Virus record (IMG/VR): IMGVR_UViG_3300026176_000228
Location: 40,756-104,755 of that record
Length of the DNA stretch: 64,000 nt
Source of the DNA: a virus
Taxonomy: Duplodnaviria; Caudoviricetes
Strand: one strand, 5' to 3'
The position numbers and the translations under genes were made by a program. Position 1 is the first letter of the stretch. Each line of letters opens with the position of its first letter. The notes below the pieces were generated by a model. It was not told the DNA's origin, ran no database searches, and saw only the letters and a program-made list of their open reading frames with translations. This document shows positions 1-9,417 of this stretch, piece by piece.

Positions 1-395
1 AGGTCTAATGCGGTAAATTGACCGAGTTGCTTCCAGAAGTAGTCTAGCAGCACTTGCCCGCGCGTGCGTTCACCAGGCGTCAGGGTGATGTTGATACGCG
101 TGAGTTCACTCATGCCTGCCGCGTAAAGCATGTTGAGATTACGCAGCCAGTCACGCGCCGCGGTGCCTTCCGCGACCGGTACATCATAACCCTTACTGCT
201 TAGAGTGCTTTCGATAATACCACAGCCTGAAGATAAATAGCTGTTGACATTAGCCAGGGTAGGCGAAGTGGATGTGCCGAAACCCGTCGCGGGGCCAAGT
301 AAATTGCGGCACATCCCTGCGATATCGGAAGCCGCGGCGTAGGCTTCCCCAGGACTGACAAAGGCTGAACCAGTGGTTGAAAAGGTATTAGTCAT
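1..395 (-). CDS. Head-tail adaptor/connector-like virion protein (runs off window edge)
   Basis: Not in ORF track. My translation from ATG 395: MTNTFSTTGSAFVSPGEAYAAASDIAGMCRNLL...YLSSGCGIIESTLSSKGYDVPV...WLRNLNMLYAA. AYA..SD and GY.VPV pattern resembles phage head-tail connectors; lies downstream of capsid genes. Confidence 0.55.
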   Translation of the reverse strand, partial: MTNTFSTTGSAFVSPGEAYAAASDIAGMCRNLLGPATGFGTSTSPTLANVNSYLSSGCGIIESTLSSKGYDVPVAEGTAARDWLRNLNMLYAAGMSELTRINITLTPGERTRGQVLLDYFWKQLGQFTALD

Positions 396-407
396 TTAGA
401 AATATTC

Positions 408-1085
408 CTATAAATCCGTGACCGTAATGCTTTGCGGGTTAGACCAATTCGCCCCGCCCTGCCGCCACACATAGTACGCCCCAGGATCAAGATAGACTGT
501 CACGCGACCTAAAGTATTAGAATAAAGTGTACCGGCTTTGATGCTGCTGCCCGCGAGGTCATCTGTGACCCACACCGCGACACCTTCTAAGGGTAATGAA
601 GACGCGTCTAGGCATTCGATAGTTACAGTTTCCGAACCGGCACCCGCGCTACTAGCAACCAAACGGTATACCGCGCCGTCCGGTTCCAGCGCCGTGTCGA
701 GCTTGTCCGTGACTGCCTTGACCGCCGCGACCTCAGAGAGCACGTCGAAAACCTCGGTGACAATGCTGACGCTGGTGTCCGCGGCCTGGCCTGCTAAGTA
801 GACCTTGACCACGTCGCCTGTTTCGACGGCCAGTGAGGTCGTCAGCACGGTCAGCGTCGTCACGCCGTTCGCCAGGGGCACTAGCGCCGAGGGCGACTGG
901 TAGGCCGCGCCTGTTCCGCCAATCTGCCGCGTCAGGCACGCGCCGTAGGAGCCGTTCCCGGCCAGCCCGCTAGCCGACACCTGTACCAGAAGTTCGCGGT
1001 CGGCGTCCGCGGTGTAGGTATAGGTCAGCAGCGGATTGCCGCTGATGTTCTGTGCCGTCAAGGTGGAGATGGCGATTCTGTTCAT
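408..1085 (-). CDS. Putative virion-associated protein (chimeric, GC-rich N-terminal part)
   Basis: Likely start MNRIAIS at 1085, directly after the upstream stop; beta-rich; carboxypeptidase-regulatory-like C-terminus (PLEGVAVWV...GAYYVW). Confidence 0.5.
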   Translation of the reverse strand: MNRIAISTLTAQNISGNPLLTYTYTADADRELLVQVSASGLAGNGSYGACLTRQIGGTGAAYQSPSALVPLANGVTTLTVLTTSLAVETGDVVKVYLAGQAADTSVSIVTEVFDVLSEVAAVKAVTDKLDTALEPDGAVYRLVASSAGAGSETVTIECLDASSLPLEGVAVWVTDDLAGSSIKAGTLYSNTLGRVTVYLDPGAYYVWRQGGANWSNPQSITVTDL

Positions 1086-1087
1086 AT

Positions 1088-1834
1088 CTAGCTCACATAC
1101 CACTGGCCGAAGGCCGTCAGCGCGCCGCTGATAATGAGGCGCGTGTCTGCGCCGGTTGTCGAGTACGAATCGTTGTCTGCATACCACGCATAGCCTGCGA
1201 TGTTGGGATTGCCGTCCGCATACACCCGGAATATCTCAGCTTGCGCCACCGTGGGTACGCTCCACTCCGTGACCCAGACCTTGTTGATGCCGATGGACTG
1301 GCCGTAGGCGATGAACTGCTCGACCTTGGCGATAGCTGCCGCCGCGTCGCTTGCGTAGGAGTGGCAGCATATCCCGCCGTCCCATCTGGGATAGCCGCCG
1401 TAACGCGTGTTGTACTCCGTGCGCATGTTCGCCAGCCAGGTTGTGCCGAACTGCGGGGAGGGCGAGATCAGCGGCTTGTCAGGGAACGTCGGCTCGACAA
1501 AGTTGTGCCAGTGAATCGCGCCCTCGGCAGCGGTCATGTTCGCCTGCCCGGAGGCTTCGGGTTCGTTGTAGCCAAAGACCGCCACGCCATCAGTGGCCCA
1601 CTGCCAGTTTTCAGGCTGCGTGTTATCGTCGTAAATCATCAAGTACGCTGGCACGCCAGTGCCCTGGATGGGGTTCCACCACCAGTTGTAGTGCCAGTTG
1701 GGCTTGAGCAGGGCGATGCTGGCGGCTGGCGTTGCGCCCACAGTGCCCAGGCCCTGCTTGGGATGGCGCGGGTTTTGCAGGCCCTGCCGCCCCGGCCTGA
1801 CCCTCACCCGTCCGCCTACGAAGCCGCCCATCAT
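1088..1834 (-). CDS. Glycosyl hydrolase, GH128/Asl1-like catalytic core
   Basis: Motifs WHYNW, FGYNEPE, CHSY, VWVTEW, GYAWY, LTAFGQWY. Confidence 0.7.
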   Translation of the reverse strand: MMGGFVGGRVRVRPGRQGLQNPRHPKQGLGTVGATPAASIALLKPNWHYNWWWNPIQGTGVPAYLMIYDDNTQPENWQWATDGVAVFGYNEPEASGQANMTAAEGAIHWHNFVEPTFPDKPLISPSPQFGTTWLANMRTEYNTRYGGYPRWDGGICCHSYASDAAAAIAKVEQFIAYGQSIGINKVWVTEWSVPTVAQAEIFRVYADGNPNIAGYAWYADNDSYSTTGADTRLIISGALTAFGQWYVS

Positions 1835-2337
1835 GGCAGCACCAGACTTTCGGCGTCCGCCACCGTTTGCGGGAAGGCTGTCGTCCCGTCGAACTTGTCC
1901 GCCGTGATGACGCCGTCCGCCATAGCTGTGACGTTGACATCCACAGTCGCCCCGTCAACCAGGCTGTTATTGAGTGCCGCCGCCCGGAAGCCGATCACCG
2001 GCCCGCGCCAGGGCAGCACGCCCGTCGCCACACCCGTAAACCAGCCGAACCCCTCGGTATCGTTGTTGACGGACGCGCCGCCGGAGGCGGGTATCTCGAT
2101 GGTGTACAGCCCGCCGTCCTGGTGCGCCCAGTCATACGCGCCGCCCGCAGTAGGTGTGACGACGGTGGCCGTGGTCGCGCCTGCGGTCGTGGTGAAGTGC
2201 CAGATAAGTTCCAGGCCAGCCGCGTTGTAAGCCACAGACTCCTCGCGCGTCTTGAAATCCGTGTCGTCCAGCAGCGGCAAGATGTTCACCGGCACCTCCG
2301 AAAGCGCCGCATCCACATCCATCCACAGGTCAGGCAT
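1831..2337 (-). CDS. Hypothetical phage virion protein
   Basis: Likely start MPDLWMD after AAGGAG RBS; Thr/Ala/Gly-rich. Confidence 0.55.
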   Translation of the reverse strand: MPDLWMDVDAALSEVPVNILPLLDDTDFKTREESVAYNAAGLELIWHFTTTAGATTATVVTPTAGGAYDWAHQDGGLYTIEIPASGGASVNNDTEGFGWFTGVATGVLPWRGPVIGFRAAALNNSLVDGATVDVNVTAMADGVITADKFDGTTAFPQTVADAESLVLP

Positions 2338-2348
2338 GATTTTGCTCC

Positions 2349-3020
2349 TTATTGCTGTGCGTAGGCGTAAGCGGGTTTGCCGCTGCCGCCGCCGAGTGTA
2401 TAGGTAATCACCAGCCGGGGCCGGTTGCCAGTCGTGGCACCATCCGAGGACGTGAACCGCTTGCGGCAGTTCATCGTCCCCTCGTCCGCGCAAATCAGCC
2501 ACCAGCCATAGTTGGTGTATGTGCCAGCATAAAACGCTTGACAGTCGGCCAGTACGTCCCAGCCATAGGCTGTTGCCGGGTCTGTGACCGTCACGGTATC
2601 CGTCGGCGTAGCGACAAACTCCGTGCCTGCCGCGCCGCCTGCTCCGCCTGCCCAGGCTACCGAGCCGTTGGCATTGCGATAGTTATACGTGCTGGCGTTT
2701 TCGCCAGTAGGCAGCTCGGCGTTCCCAATGCCCTCGTACCATTCCACTAACCCGCGATGCACGCCGAAAACCCGGTCAGAGGTATCCGCTTCTGACTCGC
2801 AGTAAAGCGTCAACGTGGCTGCGGTCAGCGTGGCCCCGGCAGGCAAGCCGGAGAGGTCAAACTGGAACAGGCCGCGGGAGATATTCGGCGGTGCAGCGCC
2901 GATATCCCCGATGTAGAGCGGCGATGTCTTGCCATAATTTGTTGTTGGCGACTGGCTCTGAATCAGCGTGTCCTTCGCCGTATTGACATCGCCGCCGTAG
3001 CCGTCCGTGTAAGTTGGCAT
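2349..3020 (-). CDS. DNRLRE-domain (carbohydrate-binding-like) protein
   Basis: DTLIQSQSPTTNYG, RGLFQFDLSGLP, ATLTLY, FTSSD...RPRLVITY motifs; GGAGG RBS. Confidence 0.7.
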   Translation of the reverse strand: MPTYTDGYGGDVNTAKDTLIQSQSPTTNYGKTSPLYIGDIGAAPPNISRGLFQFDLSGLPAGATLTAATLTLYCESEADTSDRVFGVHRGLVEWYEGIGNAELPTGENASTYNYRNANGSVAWAGGAGGAAGTEFVATPTDTVTVTDPATAYGWDVLADCQAFYAGTYTNYGWWLICADEGTMNCRKRFTSSDGATTGNRPRLVITYTLGGGSGKPAYAYAQQ

Positions 3021-3032
3021 GATAATCCTCCC

Positions 3033-3299
3033 TTACGTGGCGGCCAGCGCCGTGGCGAGATTGGCTATATAGAACATATCCCCCCGCGCGAAAGCCGCCA
3101 CGTCAAGGTACTTGATGAGTTCCGCCTGCGAAGCCTGCTGAATCCAGGCTTTAGCCGTGAACAACGCCCGCACGTTATAGAGCGTGTCGTGCGTGCCCTC
3201 GTTGCGCGTCGCCTCGTACTTGCTCACGAACCAGCCCGGAGCCACGCGCTCGTACAACCCTATCGTGTCCTGCATCAGCGGCAGGGCGTTGGTCCGCAA
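3033..3299 (-). pseudogene. C-terminal fragment of a captured gene
   Basis: No RBS; begins at a GC-content junction; ends YLDVAAFARGDMFYIANLATALAA. Confidence 0.4.
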
Positions 3300-3561
3300 G
3301 TATAACCGGAACGGTATAACCCTTGCTTTGTAGCGTGCTTTCTAGGATGCCGCAACCCGATGAAAGATAAGAATTTACTGCGGCCTGCGTGGGCACAGTA
3401 GACGCGGTGAAGGTAGAACTGGACGCCAAGAGATTGCGGCACATATTAGCTACATCTGAACCCGTCGCGTAAGCTTCGACCCAGCCTTCACCATCTAACA
3501 AAACCCCAAAATCATATTGAGGCGTAAAATCGCGTAAGCCAGCTACAACTTGTTTAGGCAT
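3175..3561 (-). pseudogene. Truncated paralogue of the 1..395 head-tail adaptor
   Basis: EAYATGSDVANMCRNLL...VNSYLSSGCGILESTLQSKGYTVPV aligns with 1..395; similarity stops at ~3300 where GC-rich DNA begins. Confidence 0.6.
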
Positions 3562-3572
3562 AACAACCTCAA

Positions 3573-3705
3573 CTTAGTGTGTCTTTGAGAAAGACACTTT
3601 GGCGATCAGGAATCGATGCCGCGGTCAGGTTAATGATCTGCCCACAAGCACTGATTGTAAAGTATTGGCTCCAGTGTAAACATGAGTTGTAATAGTCGCA
3701 GCCAT
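3573..3705 (-). pseudogene. Short, apparently frameshifted gene remnant
   Basis: Strong RBS AAAAGGAG and ATG at 3705 give only 26 codons; a second frame stays open to just before the next gene. Confidence 0.3.
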
Positions 3706-3761
3706 GGAAATCTCCTTTTAGCAAAATTAACTTTTGCGTAAATTTATTGCTCTGTTCTGTT

Positions 3762-4364
3762 CTACGCGGGTGTCACGCCTGTGATCGGGCTGGCACTGGA
3801 TGAGCTGGTCAAGGTAGCTTCCCAAGCTTTAGCCAGGTCATCTTCCTTAGTCACGGTCATGGTTGTGCCAGAAACCGACCACTTATTGCGCAGGAAACGC
3901 AGGGCGTTTAGCGCTGACCGAGCAGCCTCGTCTGTCACTTGTGTCCAATCACGCTTGAGCAAGGCGTCGGCGTTTTCGACAGCGGTAGGCACGTCGGCAA
4001 TATCCGCACTCACCGATGCGCCCGCCGGTGCGCCCAGCCGCGCATAGCTGTCGCCCGTCTGGTTGATGGACGCCTCGGTAAACACCTGCAATTGGTCAAG
4101 TACCACGCCCGACGTGGCCGACTTCGGCGCGAAAATCAGAACCTCGCCGTTCGTCTCCGCCTGCGTCAGATCGAACACATACCAGCCGGGCATGTTGGTC
4201 GCGTCCAACTCGGTCGGGTTCACGTCATCCAACTGGTCAGCCGCCGCAAAGCCGATGGACTCATAGCAGGTGATATTGGCCGCGTCGCCCGTCTTGGCCG
4301 CGCCCGTGGAGGCGGTGTAGGCAAACACCGCAATCTTCTGACTGGCCGTGTTTTTGTAGAGCAT
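3762..4364 (-). CDS. Hypothetical virion-associated protein
   Basis: 200 aa, GGGGAG RBS, co-oriented with structural genes. Confidence 0.6.
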   Translation of the reverse strand: MLYKNTASQKIAVFAYTASTGAAKTGDAANITCYESIGFAAADQLDDVNPTELDATNMPGWYVFDLTQAETNGEVLIFAPKSATSGVVLDQLQVFTEASINQTGDSYARLGAPAGASVSADIADVPTAVENADALLKRDWTQVTDEAARSALNALRFLRNKWSVSGTTMTVTKEDDLAKAWEATLTSSSSASPITGVTPA

Positions 4365-4365
4365 C

Positions 4366-5466
4366 CTATCTCCCCATCAACCGCGCTACGCGCCGGATCA
4401 CGCCCCCCGCCCCGGCCTGCACCGCACCCTTATCCGCTTTCGGCGCTGTACTCGCCAGCCCCAGGAACGTCAGTGGGAAGGCGTCTTCTGTCACCCCCGC
4501 GACCGCGCCGTTGATGTCAAAATCCCCGTTCGCCGCGTCCACAAACGGCGCGCCCGCCAGCGTATCATTGTTGATAGACTCGACAATCGTCTCTAGCGTG
4601 AGCGAGTAATTCGTCGCGTTGTTATAGGCGGCATTGGCGAGCAGCAGCATCGCGTTTTTATCTACGGTTGAGACTCCCTTACCAGAGTTGCCAGAGAACC
4701 CCTGCACGATATTGTTGAGGTTGAGGCTGTTGACCTTGAGAAACAGCCCCGTACCTGTAGACGCTCCGTCTGACACTATCGTGTTGTGCAGCGCCAGCGC
4801 GCCCGCGCCGCGCACTCCGTCAATGTTGCCGGAACGCAGCCGGATGACATTGTGCGCCAGCACTGCAGCCACACCGTCCAGCAGCACCACGGCGGCGGCG
4901 GGCGTCACGCTGCCGGTGTCGATGTAACAACCCACTATGATGGACGGTTGGCTGGAGTAGAGCGCATAGTTGCCGGCTAGGTCGTGCAGGTGGCAGCCTA
5001 CCACGCGCGTCGTGCCGGATAACAGAACGCCATTGGTGCCTGTGTTGCCGTAGACCTCGCAGCGGAACAACAAGCAGTAATTACGCAGCCCCGACATGAC
5101 CACATTCGCGCCACAGTTGCCCATTTTCAAGTCGATGAAATGCACGTAATCCGTGTTACTGGTGGTCCAAATCGAGTAGGTCGCATTGCCGCTGATTTCG
5201 CCAATGCCGCCGTCATTGGCCGTGGACTTATAGCCGCGGAACAGCAGTGGAGCTGCCGCGGTGGGCGTGCCGTAGGTGGCGATGGACAATGGCGCAGCCA
5301 GCACGTCCGCCGCGCCCGCCTGGACATTGACTTGATCGCCATCCGTGGCATTGCGCGTAATCGTGTTCAGCGCGTGTTGCGTCGTCGCCCACGGTGTACC
5401 AATCGACCCGTTGCCCGTCGTGTCGTTGCCGCTGGCCGGACTGACGTAATAGTGCGTGCGTGCCAT
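4366..5466 (-). CDS. Right-handed parallel beta-helix (pectin lyase-like) protein
   Basis: N-terminal YYVSPASGNDTTGNGSIGTPWAT, HN/NN repeats, C-terminal PFVDAANGDF...DKGAVQ. Confidence 0.7.
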   Translation of the reverse strand: MARTHYYVSPASGNDTTGNGSIGTPWATTQHALNTITRNATDGDQVNVQAGAADVLAAPLSIATYGTPTAAAPLLFRGYKSTANDGGIGEISGNATYSIWTTSNTDYVHFIDLKMGNCGANVVMSGLRNYCLLFRCEVYGNTGTNGVLLSGTTRVVGCHLHDLAGNYALYSSQPSIIVGCYIDTGSVTPAAAVVLLDGVAAVLAHNVIRLRSGNIDGVRGAGALALHNTIVSDGASTGTGLFLKVNSLNLNNIVQGFSGNSGKGVSTVDKNAMLLLANAAYNNATNYSLTLETIVESINNDTLAGAPFVDAANGDFDINGAVAGVTEDAFPLTFLGLASTAPKADKGAVQAGAGGVIRRVARLMGR

Positions 5467-5477
5467 GCCCTACCGCC

Positions 5478-5846
5478 TTAGATGTTCGTCGGCCCCGCCA
5501 ACTGGACGCCATACCCGTCCACTGTCTCTTTGTCCGGCCACACGACCGCAGACGCCCCGCCGTTGTCGCCGTAGACGGCAGCAACGAGGTTGACGCTCCA
5601 CGCAAACTTGTCCGTGAAATCCGCCTTCGTCATGGTCAGGTCCGCGCCCGCCAGTCCGCTGCCGTCCTCGATCACATCAGCGTCCGCAATCGTGGCCCAC
5701 AGCGGCGCAATGGTCTGCGTGTACGCTTGCACGAGCAACTGCTGTTGTCGCAGCCCGCGCACCACATCGGCCATCGCCGCCCGGTAGTCCCTGAGAAACT
5801 CGTTGACCTGTTGTCGCTGAGTCGGTGTCAAGTCAGTCAGTGCCAT
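5478..5846 (-). CDS. Hypothetical protein
   Basis: 122 aa, GGAG RBS. Confidence 0.6.
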   Translation of the reverse strand: MALTDLTPTQRQQVNEFLRDYRAAMADVVRGLRQQQLLVQAYTQTIAPLWATIADADVIEDGSGLAGADLTMTKADFTDKFAWSVNLVAAVYGDNGGASAVVWPDKETVDGYGVQLAGPTNI

Positions 5847-6012
5847 GTTGTAAGTCTCCCGTTACCAAAGGTTCTAGCTCGGCCATGATTTGATCGAGTC
5901 CACAGTTGCAATTCACTGGGTGTTCACACGTCTCTTTGTGCTGGATGTAACCGCCATCCAGCAGCTTCCCGATCAAGTCGCGAAACACTGCAATGGTTTC
6001 CGTGTCGTCCAT
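5833..6012 (-). CDS. Small hypothetical protein (H..C...CxC motif)
   Basis: My translation MDDTETIAVFRDLIG...HKETCEHPVNCNCGLDQ..., 59 aa, GGAGG RBS. Confidence 0.5.
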   Translation of the reverse strand: MDDTETIAVFRDLIGKLLDGGYIQHKETCEHPVNCNCGLDQIMAELEPLVTGDLQHGTD

Positions 6013-6072
6013 GAGTCCTCCTGGTTGTTGGTTTCCCTAACAACAGCTTATACTTCGCAAGTTCATGCATTC

Positions 6073-6984
6073 TCATCGTCTTCCCATAGTATACCACAAA
6101 CCAAAGGCAGTCAGGTAGCCTGATTGGTCAAATAAACTGGTATCACACTGCACCGGTTGAAAAGCCCACCATTCTTCATTACGAATATAATCCGCGAACC
6201 ACGCGTGACCTAGAACCTGTGGATCAGCCTCAAAAACCTGGCGTAGTTTATCAGCTTCTACTAGAGCCGCATTGATAGAGGGTTGACCCAAGACGTTCAT
6301 AGTAGTACGCGGACACGGTAAGATGGCCCATTCAGTAATCCAGACCCCCGGTGCGTTTAGTTGTTGCGCCATCTGCTTATACCATTCCAGTTCAGCTAAG
6401 CACTCTGCCGCGGTGGGGAAATAGCAGTGCATCGCCAAACCCTTATCGAAGCGCGGGTTAGTATGGTACAGGCGTTGATATTCTGCGACCATATTGCTGA
6501 GCCATGCACGGCCCCATGGTGAAGGCGCAGGCGCGATTAATTTATGTTCAGGATAAGCTTGTTCAATGCGCCGCCAGAGAGTCGCGTACTTTTGCGGCGA
6601 GACATTGCATTGTTGCGGTAAGTCACATTCATTGCCACCCATGACGCCTTCAACATACCAGGGTATTGCGGGTAACTCGCCTTCGTCATACCAACCCCAC
6701 AGCATCGCGAACGCGCGCACTTCCCCATAACATTGACCAGGCTTGGCTGACCAATCGTAATACCAGTAAGCACTGCTCTGTAAAATAGTGTTACAGTTGC
6801 TGTAAGGCGAACTAATGCCCTGCTTGGGTAACTGCAAAGGCATGTTGACCATGGGCCAGTAATAAGTATAAAAGTTCTTAGCCTCAACTATAGGTATGTA
6901 GATTGTGGTATCAGCCTGCACAGTACCGGGTAACAGAAACCACAGACATATAATCATCAAAAAGATGACAGTTTTTACCACCAC
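6073..6984 (-). CDS. Secreted GH128/Asl1-like glycosyl hydrolase
   Basis: Signal peptide, then WYYDW, GGNECD, MHCY, VWITEW, LTAFGLWY. Confidence 0.7.
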   Translation of the reverse strand: MVVKTVIFLMIICLWFLLPGTVQADTTIYIPIVEAKNFYTYYWPMVNMPLQLPKQGISSPYSNCNTILQSSAYWYYDWSAKPGQCYGEVRAFAMLWGWYDEGELPAIPWYVEGVMGGNECDLPQQCNVSPQKYATLWRRIEQAYPEHKLIAPAPSPWGRAWLSNMVAEYQRLYHTNPRFDKGLAMHCYFPTAAECLAELEWYKQMAQQLNAPGVWITEWAILPCPRTTMNVLGQPSINAALVEADKLRQVFEADPQVLGHAWFADYIRNEEWWAFQPVQCDTSLFDQSGYLTAFGLWYTMGRR

Positions 6985-7028
6985 GCTACCTGATTTCTAA
7001 GCACAAGATTGCTTGACATGTTTTGTGA

Positions 7029-7367
7029 CTAGATTGGTCGGAGGTCAAAATGGGCGCGAAAGAGCGATGCGGCCTCGGCTCCCATCGACGCGGAAACTTT
7101 GACCGCGTTGCCATAAAGTTCCAGGCTAAAGACAGACGCGACTGAAGCCGCGATAGGATACAGAGCTTCGTAATCCCAATGCGCGCCGTAGTCACTGGAT
7201 TGGCGAATACGGATCGCGGACGCGGTGCCTGAAGCATTAGAGTACAACAGGCCAACCAGTTTAGCGTAGCCGTGACAGATCGCGCTGCCAGTAACAGTGC
7301 CATTGGCCGCGAGAGAGGCACCAGTACTCAGAACTTCCGTGGTAGCTTGCGCGTATAAACGAGCCAT
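7029..7367 (-). CDS. Putative virion protein
   Basis: AGGAG RBS, Ala/Ser-rich, downstream of capsid gene. Confidence 0.55.
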   Translation of the reverse strand: MARLYAQATTEVLSTGASLAANGTVTGSAICHGYAKLVGLLYSNASGTASAIRIRQSSDYGAHWDYEALYPIAASVASVFSLELYGNAVKVSASMGAEAASLFRAHFDLRPI

Positions 7368-7488
7368 AAGTGGACTCCTAAAAAATAACCCAACACACGC
7401 GTATTGGGTTAGAGAGTTAGACTGTCAGCCGCGGGTGTGTACGCGCGCCATCTAATTAAGACAGTCTATTAATTAATGGTTAATTAAG

Positions 7489-8145
7489 TTATTGATAGAG
7501 CAAAAACCGGCGTTGGTTCGCGACTTCAGATAAAATGATTTTGTAACGCTTTTCAGCAGTCCAGATCAGAGCTTCATCATCCACGAATTCGTCCGCTTCC
7601 TTGATAAAAGGCGGGCGGAAGGGACGGAGTGGATATGTGACCGCACAGTTGTCACCGAGATGACGTAGCCATTCTAAAGTGCCGGTATGCATCGCCGTGT
7701 GTTCCAGGACATCTAAAGCCAGAGCTAGACTGTGGCGTTGCACCGCGTGGCCATAAGGAATAAAGGCAGTATTGAGATGGTAACGCGCGCTATGATCGAG
7801 AATAAAGTCCTGGCCGATGCCGGGAAAGTCATAGAACGTCACTAGCTGCGTGGGACGCAGATGCGCGAGGGTTAGACCCGTGAGTCCGGTCGCGCAACCT
7901 ACATCAATATAGCTGGTATCGTCCGCGGACATCTCATGGATGATTTTGATAAAGTGCTGGACGTTCGGATCAAGATGCCATTCAGTCGTATAGTATTGAT
8001 ACCACGGTGACTTAGTATAGAAAGCTTCGTCGGGACCGTACGCGGTGCCTTGCTCGAACTCAACTACTTCGGGATAGTTTTGACCCAGGAGCCAGGTACG
8101 AAGGTCCGCGCGTAGCTCCTGAGTAATAGTCGCGATGGCACTCAA
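7489..8145 (-). CDS. Class I SAM-dependent methyltransferase
   Basis: YIDVGCATG motif I; LDVLEH motif. Confidence 0.7.
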   Translation of the reverse strand: MSAIATITQELRADLRTWLLGQNYPEVVEFEQGTAYGPDEAFYTKSPWYQYYTTEWHLDPNVQHFIKIIHEMSADDTSYIDVGCATGLTGLTLAHLRPTQLVTFYDFPGIGQDFILDHSARYHLNTAFIPYGHAVQRHSLALALDVLEHTAMHTGTLEWLRHLGDNCAVTYPLRPFRPPFIKEADEFVDDEALIWTAEKRYKIILSEVANQRRFLLYQ

Positions 8146-8472
8146 TTAGAGCGCCAGGTAGATGTAAGAAAGCGTCACGGTGGACGCGGCGGTAGCACCG
8201 AGCGACATGAAGCTTAGCGATGCGGTATTGGTAGCGATAGGGCAAACCGCAGTTAGCTGCAAGCCCGAACCACCGCTATTGAGTTGCATGAACACGGTAC
8301 CGGAGGCCGCTAGACCTGTAATTAGTGCCGAACCGGTGCCCAGGGTCGAAGCACCCATTGCAGGCACGCAGGCCGCAACAGTGCCGGTCAGGATTTTATC
8401 AATTGTAGTGCCGTTACCGACATTCAAACCACCCATCGCGAGCAGTGGTCGGCGGACACGGAATGAAGGCAT
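8146..8472 (-). CDS. Putative head decoration/fibre protein
   Basis: Gly/Ala/Thr-rich 108 aa, immediately downstream of the MCP gene. Confidence 0.5.
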   Translation of the reverse strand: MPSFRVRRPLLAMGGLNVGNGTTIDKILTGTVAACVPAMGASTLGTGSALITGLAASGTVFMQLNSGGSGLQLTAVCPIATNTASLSFMSLGATAASTVTLSYIYLAL

Positions 8473-8521
8473 TTGATTTTCTCCTATAGAAGCAGGCTAT
8501 AGCATCTGCTCAAGCAGGTTG

Positions 8522-8566
8522 TTACTAAACCTCTGTAGATATGACTAAGTACAGAGGTTTAGTAAT
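8522..8566 (-). terminator. Hairpin downstream of major capsid gene
   Basis: 16-bp inverted repeat TTACTAAACCTCTGTA/TACAGAGGTTTAGTAA. Confidence 0.55.
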
Positions 8567-8584
8567 AGTAGACATTGTAACAGC

Positions 8585-9229
8585 TTAAACTGCCGAGAAG
8601 ATCACACTTCCCGCGTCGCTGGCTGTGATTTTTTCCACCACTGAATGACTGGCCTCAATCTTGTCCGTGTATTCCTCTTCCCTGCGGAAGCGGCGCACCT
8701 GACGACCATTCCATTCGAGCAGGTAGCCTGCCGCGGGCGTCAGCAGCGCGGGCGCGGATGGGACATAGCCCAGCCACATACCGTCACCCCAGATATACTG
8801 CGGGCTACCGGTTTGGCCTTCCAGCGCCGGGTCAAACAGCGACATGCCGATCAGAAACTTCTCGAAGCCGAACCACTCGCCAAAGTCACTGGTCATGACG
8901 CGCGCGTTCGGGCGAGTGTATTTTACGCGGTCCAGCAGATCGGGATGCTGGCGCAGATGCCGCCACACGTCCCAACTAATGACCGCCACATTGGGCATGC
9001 GCCCGATAGTCGAGACGACGCCGTTGATCGCATCTTCGATGTCACCGTAGGGGTCAGATGTGTCGCTGGACCACTGGGTCGTGGGTGAAGCCGCGTAAGC
9101 CCACAGCGCAGAGCCACCCGTGGTTAGGTCAGCAATCCGTTTTTCCTGTGCGCGCAGGAGTTGGTCCATGACGAATTCAACGGCTTCCGCGTCAGGTCGC
9201 AGCGGACTGTCTGCGTTTTGTCGAACTTC
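8585..9229 (-). CDS. Major capsid protein, exon 2
   Basis: Joins exon 1 in frame (LVPD|EVRQNADSPL) to give ~306 aa; PN.AVIS..VW..LRQHP, YIWG and P.AGY motifs of phage capsid-E-like proteins. Confidence 0.8.
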   Translation of the reverse strand, partial: EVRQNADSPLRPDAEAVEFVMDQLLRAQEKRIADLTTGGSALWAYAASPTTQWSSDTSDPYGDIEDAINGVVSTIGRMPNVAVISWDVWRHLRQHPDLLDRVKYTRPNARVMTSDFGEWFGFEKFLIGMSLFDPALEGQTGSPQYIWGDGMWLGYVPSAPALLTPAAGYLLEWNGRQVRRFRREEEYTDKIEASHSVVEKITASDAGSVIFSAV

Positions 9230-9368
9230 CACTTTTGTTACTACTTACTTGCGTAAGCGGGTAGATCATTTCTGTCTACCTCTACGGGTTCACTTCCCCG
9301 TAGGTCGGAGCACATCATCATCCCAGTAGGATGTTGGCTCTATGCTCTCTACACATTTCAATTCGCAT

Positions 9369-9397
9369 TTGTACTTTGCTAATGCGTATGATATAAT
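9369..9397 (+). promoter_or_regulatory. Sigma70-type promoter for the intron HNH gene
   Basis: TTGTAC-N17-TATAAT followed by AGAAAGGTGG RBS. Confidence 0.55.
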
Positions 9398-9417
9398 GGC
9401 ATTAGAAAGGTGGTTTT

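Noticed and set aside
1052-2230. 392-aa plus-strand ORF and similar long antisense ORFs in 0.5-5.9 kb
   Set aside because: Shadow frames of GC-rich minus-strand genes, with no RBS or recognisable motifs
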